From Ylistrum balloti (lineage: Eukaryota): 64,000 nt of DNA. Below, one piece after another: positions 52,101 through 61,100 of this stretch; positions within the stretch are counted from its first letter, which is position 1, and every line of letters starts with the position of its first letter. Below the pieces are notes generated by a model. It did no database searches, was not told where the DNA came from, and was given only the letters and a program-made list of their open reading frames with translations. The stretch is from NCBI RefSeq assembly GCF_031769215.1, contig NW_026782164.1, positions 62,001-126,000 on the forward strand, written 5' to 3'. A program made the position numbers and the translations under genes.

Positions 52101-55100
52101 CCATGTGTATTTGGTCACCAGATCGGAAGGAGTTGAGGAATTTCAGGCAGGGAGATACACATTAACCTGTTACTGGGAAAACCATCCTGGTTATTGTGGC
52201 TGGCATTTCTATCTGTGAACGTTTTACTCAGTCTTTTTTCTCTCAATATTTTTTCACAAATAATATGACTAGGGCCTTGTACAGGATTTGAATTTGTTAC
52301 TGTTTCTCTGTAACTTTAAGGAATAAAACAATATTTTATCTGCTATATGGTATTGGGTATGATGAGAGAAATCCTCGATACTCAAGGGATTGCAATCACT
52401 TTTGCATTCTGCACCCCTGTAACATGTTATGGCAAAATTGAAGGCACAAACAAAGTAAGTCCTTTCATCTTGTCCACTAAGTGTTGCACATGAAACCTTC
52501 AGTTTTGCCATAACATTCCATAACCACTACATAATCACTCCAGGGGTTTATAATCACTTTCGCTCTCTGCACCCTTGGAGTATCGAGGATGGATGACAAA
52601 AGCAAATTAATGTAATGTTGGAAGAAGTAAGATTTGTTTTGTTTTGTGAAAAATGTGATATCTGTCTATTTTTTTATTTGGTAATCATTAATTATTCACT
52701 CAGAGTTATGACTATAAACTTTAAGAATTTTACTTGAAATTTTCACAAAAACTGTAAAATCACAATAGGAGAACCTTGCATAACTCCAGTGGGAGTTAAA
52801 AAAAACCCAGAAAAACTTCAGGCAATTTTCTTTCATGAGCCAAAGCTACACCTCTTAACAAAGCCTATAATACTAAAAATTTCCAAACATTCCTGACTGG
52901 GGCATTTGTGTCACTCTTATACATGTAGTTTCAACCTAAAATCAAGAAAATGTGTCTATCTGTAAGTCAAATGTTTCCGCTCATTAAAATTGCAGGGGAG
53001 ATAACTCCTTTAAAAGTTTGTCTAATGAAATTGGTCATTCTATGAAGAAGTATGACAATACTCAAACCATGGATATTATTTCCACACCAAGATGTATGAA
53101 AGATTATTACCAGACATTAGACCTGTCACTGTAAGTGGACTTCCTAGTTGGTCAAAATGTATGACATAAAGAAATTTGAAATGCAATTCAGTTTTACATT
53201 TGGATGCATAGCTGTTTGATGTGTTATTTTTTGTTTGCGTTACATTAAACAGCAGAGACGGGTAGTATTTTTCTAGGGACATTTTCTGTCAAAGGGACAT
53301 TCATGTATGAATATGATAGCCAGTATTAGGAGTTCCAGAAGTTGTATTGATTTTCACTCTCTAACAGAACATAACTAATGAATATGCATGCCATGAAAAG
53401 AATTCAGTTCCCATGAGCACACTGACTTTATGTGTCCATATGATGTATGTATAATTGGCAGGTTTATAGTACAAATGGTGGCATGGGACTTTGATTGTTA
53501 GACCTAATATCAGAATACACAAGTGTCAGTTTAAAAGCAAAGTCAAAATTCACATGTGTCAGGTGAGACTTAATGCTAGAATATACTGGTGTAAGCTTAG
53601 ACCCAAAGTCAGAATACTCAAGTGTGGGGAAAGACCAAATGTAAGAAGACACGGATGTCAGGTTAGGCATAATGTCTTAATACAAAAGTGTTAGGTTAGA
53701 CTTTATGTCAGAAGACACAGGTGCTATACCTAATGTCAGATGACACAGCTATCTCTTTAGACCAAATGTCAGAATACACAGGTATCAGGTTAGACTTTGT
53801 CAGAAGACACAGGTGTCAGATTAAAGGTAGATTATCTACAGAACCTGAAGGGATGAAGGGTAGACTACCTACAGAACCTGAGGGTATGAAGGGTAGACTA
53901 CCTACAGAACCTAAAGGTATGAAGGGTAGACTACCTACAGAACCTGAAGGTGTGAAGGGTAGACTATCTACAGAACCTGAGGGTATGAAGGGTAGACTAC
54001 CTACAGAACCTAAAGGTATGAAGGGTAGACTACCTACAGAACCTGAAGGTGTGAAGGGTAGACTACCTACAGAACCTAAAGGTATGAAGGGTAGACTACC
54101 TACAGAACCTGAAGGTGTGAAGCGTAGACTACCTACAGAACCTGAAGGTATGAAGGGTAGACTATCTACAGAACCTGGAGGTATGAAGGGTAGTCTACAG
54201 AATCTTGAGGTATGAAGGTGTGAAGGGTAGACTGCCCACAGAACCTGGAGGTATGAAGGGTAGACTATCTACAGAACCTGAGGGTATGAAGGGTAGACTA
54301 TCTACAGAACCTGAAGGGAAGACTATCTACAGAACCTGAAGGTATGAAGGGTAGACTACCTACAGAACCTAAAGGTATGAAGGGTAGTCTATCTACAGAA
54401 CCTGAAGGTATGAAGGGTAGTCTACAGAACCTGAAGGTATGAAGGTATGAAGGGTAGACTACCTACAGAACCTGAAGGTATGAAGGGTAGACTATCTACA
54501 GAACCTAAAGGTATGAAGGGTAGTCTACAGAACCTGGAGGTATGAAGGTGTGAAGGGTAGACTACCTACAGAACCTGAAGGTATGAAGGGTAGACTACCT
54601 ACAGAACCTGGAGGTATGAAGGGTAGACTACCTACAGAACCTGGAGGTATGAAGGTATGAAGGGTAGTCTACAGAACCTGAAGGTGTAAAGGTATGAAGG
54701 GTAGACTACCTACAGAACCTGAGGGTATGAAGGGTAGTCTACAGAACCTGGAGGTATGAAGGTGTGAAGGGTAGACTATCTACAGAACCTGGAGGTATGA
54801 AGGGTAGTCTACAGAACCTGGAGGTATGAAGGTATGAAGGGTAGACTATCTACAGAAGTTATAGCTACGTACTTAGGGGACTAGTCACTGAGGTATAACA
54901 AAAGAGGAAAAATGTAATCATGTACCAAGATTTGGACTGGAAAAATGCCAGATTCAAAATGGCTGCATTACATATGGGCTATAGAAACACTAAATCCTTT
55001 TTCAATATATTCCAGTCTTCTTCAAGAACTGAAGGTTTCTAGCTATATCACTGTTTTAGGATTTATTTTGTTGAGTACCAAATAAACATGATACAGGTGA

Positions 55101-58100
55101 GACCATGACAGACTCAAACCCACGACTTCTAAATTGAAGACGAGTACCTCAGGCAATGGAGCTGTCCAATGATCATTGATATGTCCAGTTCACTTCTACT
55201 GCACACAGTTGAAGTCTTTCTGTTCTTTGATTTTTCAGGATTACTATGTAGTGTTATTATCACCATGTGAGCTGGACTCCACAATGAAGATGTTACTACA
55301 GGTTCCACTTTGGACCCAGAGAGTCATCTATATTCAGGGGTCAGCTCTCAAGGACTCAGATCTTACTCGATGTAGGTGGGTATATAACGGTTTCCTCTGT
55401 AGATCAAATGAATCACCTGCAGGTTTCTCTGTAGATCAAAAGAGTCGTATGTATAGATACAGGCATCAGCTCTCAAGGACTTGGATGTAACCCATTGTTG
55501 GTAGGTGTATCACAGGTACTTCTGTGGACACAGAAAGTCATATAGGACTCGGATCTTGCTTGTGTCTATTATAAATCTTATGGTGTCAAACTAAATAACT
55601 AAATCATGTGTTATTCTGATGTAATATCCAACAATTACAGTTATAATTCTTGTAGTAGAGTGCTCCAGTGATCTGTGATTGATCTGAAATAGGAAATGTT
55701 TTAACTTTGTTTGGCACTTTGAATTTTATATGAACATCTCCATTAGTGATGAACTATTGACCTTTTGATTATAAAGAAGGGAGTTAATCCAATTTGATAT
55801 TGGTCATTTTTCAAGACATCCCAATTCCTCACTGAAATGACCAGAAGAAACAAAGAATAAATTGTCCTATAAATTAATAGGATAAAGGTTTCTGGTATAT
55901 ATTGATGATGACAAGGTTGAAAATCTCTGCATAAAAAGAGGTCAAATTTTTATTACTGTTTCCTGAAAACCTAAGGCAGATAAACAAGATTTGCCCTCTG
56001 TTTCAGGATGCAGGATGCTTTAGCATGCTTTATCCTTGCGGCCCGAAACCAGAGTGATAGAACAGCAGCTGTAAGTATTGTCACTGTATAGCCATAGAAG
56101 TATCTAAGGTAAATGAGGTGTTATCTTTACTAAACAAAGATAAATGATGTAACAACTGCTCCAAGGAATGGTGAGGAAAGCAAACTTAATTAATGGGCTA
56201 TAGGTGTAGTATTCTGTCACAAAGGTACTATACATGTTCATTGTCTAAAAATACTGTGAACTTGTATCACTTTTAAATTATTGTGTATCTGACTCGGAAA
56301 ACCATATCACTTGAAATGGTTTAGGCCTGATACATCCTTTTAAGGGTAAAAATGTTAGTGTATATCTTTTAAGTGTGTACTCCCAACATTTCACTTTCAT
56401 GGTTTGTCAAAGGCCACAAATGATGAATATATCCAAACATTGATCAGTTCATGGACAGTACCTTGAAGTACAAGGATATTGAACACGATATTTATATATC
56501 AATGAAAGATGTCCATGTTTGAACTGAAAGTTAGGTTCCAAAATGGTGTAACCTTCCAAACATTACTGGGTGCAACATGATAGATATGCTGTAAATGTTA
56601 AGATTCCTTGTGAGCATTACAGTCTCTTTTTACCTCTTATTAGGTCAGATGCTTCCTGTGGTATGCCGAGATATTAATTGCCTATAATGTCACGTTCTTT
56701 CTGGTTTCAGGACCAGCACACCATTCTCAGGTCTTGGGCTATCAAAGATTTTGCACCAGACTGTGCTCAGTATGTACAGATCTTCCGGCCAGAAAACAAA
56801 TTCCATGTCAAATTTGCAGGTCAGTAGTTTGTCTTGTTGTTCAGTCACGGTTAAACCCTTACAGTGTACTGTATTTTTACTTTGTGAGTTTTACACTTAC
56901 CTTAGAGTCCTTATATAGATAATATTGTATAATCTTCCAAATGCATTTTTAAACTTCATTCTGTGCAGATTTTTTTGTTCTTTTTCAACAGAGGCATACT
57001 GCAGTTAAGTTTATTGTTTCAGAAATTGTTGGAGTATTGATTTGTAAACAAAGGCGATGGGTGAGATCATGATCATCAATATGTTTGTTGAAACATATCA
57101 TAGTCATGCATGTGTTTTCATTTCTATCTCCAGAGCATGTGGTGTGTGAAGATGAATTTAAGTATGCCTTACTTGCCAACAACTGTTTGTGCCCAGCCAC
57201 TTCCACTCTGGTCACACTCCTGTTACATACCTCCAGAGGCCAGTAAGTGTGTCCCTCATAAGTCAATCTCCTGTTACATACCTCCAGAGGCCAGTAAGTG
57301 TGTCCCTCATAAGTCACTCTCCTGTTACATACCTCCAGAGGCCAGTAAGTGTGTCCCTCATAAGTCACTCTCCTGTTACATACCTCCAGAGGCCAGTAAG
57401 TGTGTCCCTCTTGAGTGATCAGTCACTCTTCTGTTAATTACATCCAGAGGCCAGTAAATGCATCCCTCATTAGTCACTGGTTACTCTCCTATTCCATACA
57501 TTGTACATCTGTCTGTCTGATCTTAACAAGGAAAAGTGCAGTACACAAAAACCATCTATCTCTTTTTCATATCGGAGTTATTGTCCTTTCTTAATTTTTA
57601 TACTTAAATTTTGTCCCATTTGAGGTGCATAACTTATCTATGACAGTCTTTGTTCTGTAGTGCAGTTTTTTTTGGTTGCAGTGAGGGGCAGACATCATCA
57701 GAAGAGTGGCAGAGACTGTATGGTGGGTGTTCAGGCAATGAGATTTACCACATCAAACTGCGAGACAGTAAATTCTTTGGGGAGTACGAGGGCAAAAGTT
57801 TCACATATGCTTCCTTCCATGCTCATCGCAGGTCAGTGTTCTAATACAATAATACATGTACCAGATTCACAACATTTTCTGTGAACAAAAATCATATTGA
57901 AGTAACCAAACAACAATATTTTTATATAAATTAATTTTGCAAATAAACACGGAAAATGTAATAAAGATTTCTTCAAACAAGTCAGGTAAATTGTCAATTC
58001 ATCAGCCATGTCACTGATATATGAAATTCTCTGGTGGTTTTTTAACAGCTTTCTTGGAAGACATTTTATTTTGTAAAGAATCCTACTAGCTGTAGTAACC

Positions 58101-61100
58101 ATAGTTATCCTCTAAAAGCCCCCTCATTTAATGTAAAAGTTTCATATTTAAGTTTTGGGAAGGCTTACTTGTGAACAACATTTACCTTACAATTTCAATA
58201 TTCTGCGCAAATGAAGAAGGGGGCTTATTTGTGGGCAGGAGCTTATTTACGGATAAATATGGTAACTTGGAACATCCCATAAAATCTGGTAAATTGAGAA
58301 TAGGAACGCTTTGTTGTATTTTTTTCTTTCGTATGTTTTCAAAGTAAAGCTATCTATTTTACATCCTCTGAATTTTATTCTAATGGAATTACTAAACGAG
58401 ACGAATGAAATAGAAAGGAAGACATTAACTGTATTGAATTCAGGGGAAATTGTCAATCATGTATCTTAAGAAATATGAATCATATAGAATGTTTTGAACA
58501 AATTGACAGGTTTGGTGTGAGTTTGGTTGGCATACAACAATCTGACCTGAAGGATTCTAATATACAATTGAACCCAGGTCCCAGGCATATCATGAAAAAG
58601 TCCGACATCTGTTTCTACCTAAATATCACAAAGGAAGAAAACACACGTACATTCAACTTGGCTCAGTCCCAGGAGGAGGGAGGCAAGATGGACCAACAAA
58701 ACTTGCCTACTGGTGCTAAAGAGGCATCCAAAGTGGCTAGCATGATAGCTAGTGTGGGTAGGTATTACTATGTTTGTGTATGGCTTGCTAATTGTCATTA
58801 TCTGAAAGGTCCCGTGTTTTCTTCAATATTTAAAAAAAAACAAAAGCGATGAACTGTTCATATGAAGACTATTTGTCACTAAACAGGTACAGTAGCCTTA
58901 GAGCTCCAGCATACACGGGCCAACATTCCAAACCCGTCCGAGATCACCCGTCCACCTGCTCCCACTCGTAAGGATAGTAAGAAGCTTCAACTGGACTTAC
59001 CAAAGGGCCTCAACATTGCTAGTTTACAGAAGCGCCCCAGTATTGCACCAGTTCCGGCAGTGCTGGAAGCCAATGATATCCGTATACAACTCAGCTCAGA
59101 TGTGGAATCCGAGGAGGAGGAGGATGACATTGTGTTTGACTCAGAAAATGAGCAAGACTCTGAGTATGTCTTATGATAAGTCTTGGCCAGCACATTGTGC
59201 TATAATCGGTCAAAAAGAGATGTTGATAATCTTTGCAGATGACACAATTTTATTTGTTAATATGTATGCAAAGCTTCATAGTTTCATCTTGTATCTTGTA
59301 GTACACAGATTGATTTCCTTAACAGTTACATCTGATAATTTTTTTGTTATAAAATACTTAATTTGATTGACAGGTACATCTAATGAATTTGGTATAAAGT
59401 AATTAATTTAATTGAGAGGTACATGAAATACTTAGCGCACCTGGTTCGAAGTGCCAAATGAGCTTATGTTGTGGTGCGGCATCCATCCGTCCATCTGTCT
59501 GTCATGTGGTGTCAACTTTTCTCTTTAAACAACTTCTTCTCAATTATCAATGAACCAAATGTTTTGATATTTGACTTGTATGTTCTTAGGATGAAGCCTG
59601 ACAAAGTTTGCAAAAAGAAAAGACCTGGACGTATATTTAAGGTCACAAGGGTCAAATTTGTTAAATCATTTAAACGACTTTTTCTCTCGAGCTAAAGCCT
59701 CAAGAGTCATGAGAATTGGCTGGGATGTTCCTGGGATAAATCCTGACAAATTTTCGGAAAATAAATTACCTTGACTTATATTAATGTTTACAGGGGCAAA
59801 ATTTGTCAAAATATGTAAACAGCTTCTTCTAATGAACTTGAAGGCCTAGAGGCATGATATTTGGCAGGTGTGTTGCTAGGATGAAGTGTGACAAAGTTCG
59901 CAAGAAAGAAATGACCTTGACTGATATTTAAGGTGACAGGGGACAAATTTGATGAAACCTTTTTACAACTTCTCCTCATGAACAAAAAGGCCTAGAGACA
60001 TGCTATTCGACTGGTTTATATATATATATATATATGTATATCCATGGGGCCTCTTGTTTTCAATGGAAATATTTTTTGTTGAATTTTATTGACAGGTACA
60101 TGCAATGATTTTCATATGAAACAATTATTTTGATTGACAGATACATCCGAGGGTTTCCTCCTATCACGCCTTATGTTGGTACTAGTCCTACTCTGTGTCA
60201 CTTGATGAAGGAGAAACGCCCTCTTTGTTGTCTCCAGCTTGCCAATGTAAGTTAAACTATTACCAAGATCAGTCAGATTAGCCAATGGAACCTGATCTTG
60301 TTCAATAAACCTTAATTATTCTATCATTAAACCTTTACTATTATACTACTTCAAGGGGAAAATCAAAACTTGTTGTTTAATGATATTTATATTTAAATTT
60401 TAACTTTTGACAGAATGAAAAACCATGTGAACAACTAACTGATCATTCACTAACTGTGACATGATCTTACAACAGACCACCATTACACAGGTTATAATGA
60501 CATCAGACAGTGTCCAGTCAATTTGACTCATAATAGATTTCTGAAAACAATTTCGTAAGTTGCATTTGCTAATAAAGACAAATTTCTGTATTCTATATGT
60601 AACATTAGCCTGTAAATGCTGATTGTTTATCTTTGTTACAGACCTGTAAATGCTGACTGTTTATCTTTGTTACAGGCCTGTAAACGCTGATACATTGTTT
60701 ATCTTTGTTACAGGCCTGTAAACGCTGAATGTTTATCTTTGTTACAGGCCTGTAAATACTGACTGTTTATCTTTGTTACAGGCCTGTAAACACTGATACA
60801 TTGTTTATCTTTGTTACAGGCCTGTAAACACTGATACATTGTTTATCTTTGTTACAGGCCTGTAAACACTGATACATTGTTTATCTTTGTTACAGACATG
60901 TAAATGCTGATTGTTTATCTTTGTTACAGACCTGTTAATGCTGATTGTTTATCTTGGTTACAGAACGGTAAATGCTGATTGTTTATCTTTGTTACAGACC
61001 TGTTAATGCTGATTGTTTATCTTGGTTACAGATCTGTTAATGCTGATTGTTTATCTTTGTTACAGACCTGTAAACACTGATACATTGTTTATCTTTGTTA

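Noticed and set aside
53721-54215. [11 protein letters not shown] repeat ORF
   Set aside because: 33-bp minisatellite inside a KCNT intron; the frame breaks further along the array.
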